From an uncultured Mollicutes bacterium (GTDB lineage: Bacteria > Bacillota_I > Bacilli_A > RF39 > UBA660), in NCBI GenBank assembly GCA_947652375.1, contig CANTCS010000001.1, forward strand, positions 68,257 to 132,256: a stretch of DNA of 64,000 bases, read 5' to 3'. The notes beneath the pieces were generated by a model that ran no database searches, was not told where the DNA came from, and worked only from the letters and a program-made list of their open reading frames with translations. Position 1 is the stretch's first letter. Each line of letters begins with the position of its first letter. A program made the position numbers and the translations under genes. Shown piece after piece: positions 63,850 through 64,000 of the stretch.

Positions 63850-64000
63850 ATGAATTCATTATTATTAAAAGAATTCATAAAATTAAGTAAAAAACAAATT
63901 ATTTCATATATTATATTATCAAGCTTGTTCTTATCCATAATAGTAATTATTCAATCATATGCTCAAATATCAAAGAGTTTAATTCCTAAACTCCAAAATC
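63850..64000 (+). CDS. Second FtsX-type permease, 5' fragment (runs off the window)
   Basis: The ATG directly follows the TAA of the previous gene. MNSLLLKEFIKLSKKQIISYIILSSLFLSIIVIIQ is a typical permease N-terminus with a TM. Confidence 0.5.
   Translation, partial: MNSLLLKEFIKLSKKQIISYIILSSLFLSIIVIIQSYAQISKSLIPKLQN

Noticed and set aside
1-64000. Search for CRISPR arrays, tRNA/rRNA genes, riboswitches, group II introns, IS elements or transposases
   Set aside because: No regularly spaced direct repeats were seen. No GC-rich structured segments of tRNA or rRNA size were seen. No reverse-transcriptase or DDE-transposase-like ORFs were seen. The absence is by eye only, and covariance-model scans were not possible.

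Overview
This is a very AT-rich Bacillota (Firmicutes)-type chromosome segment, and almost every gene lies on the minus strand. All family calls come from reading motifs in the translated ORFs by eye. No database search was run.

(1) 1-6.7 kb is housekeeping. It holds a partial HD-domain hydrolase, ftsE/ftsX followed by a coiled-coil M23 endopeptidase, two tandem YitT-family membrane proteins, and prfB. I recovered the canonical +1 programmed frameshift of prfB by hand.

(2) 6.9-9.3 kb looks like a decayed mobile-DNA remnant. It holds a dual-HTH XRE regulator, a DUF5131 gene broken by at least two frameshifts, an ASCH-like protein, and about 0.7 kb of ORF-less rubble.

(3) From about 9.3 kb to at least 47.6 kb lies an integrative conjugative element (ICE).
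- Integration and mobilisation: tyrosine integrase, excisionase, class-B-like sortase, HU, XRE, a MOB relaxase module and a candidate oriT.
- A leading-region-like block: ArdC, an NT5C-type nucleotidase, SSB and about 12 unknown proteins.
- A Gram-positive type IV secretion set: CHAP hydrolase, VirB4, PrgI-like, VirB6-like, Maff2-like and VirD4.
- A giant zf-CHC2/Toprim primase, an orphan beta-class DNA methyltransferase and two giant surface proteins. One of these carries a GVQTG sorting signal.

(4) 47.7-61.4 kb is the most unusual part. Two leaderless paralogous cell-wall-targeting proteins of about 800 aa have near-identical N-terminal modules and unrelated C-terminal modules. Each is followed by a small envelope protein. 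They flank a TcdE-family holin, a leaderless M23-CW_7-LysM endolysin and a sigma-region-4-only regulator. Small exported proteins of unknown function surround the locus, including two four-cysteine paralogs. I interpret this as a candidate holin-gated polymorphic effector/immunity (bacteriolysin-like) locus.

(5) 61.5-64 kb on the plus strand encodes a small secreted protein plus an ABC ATPase and two FtsX/MacB-type permeases.

No rRNA, tRNA or CRISPR array was seen. The right boundary of the ICE could not be determined.
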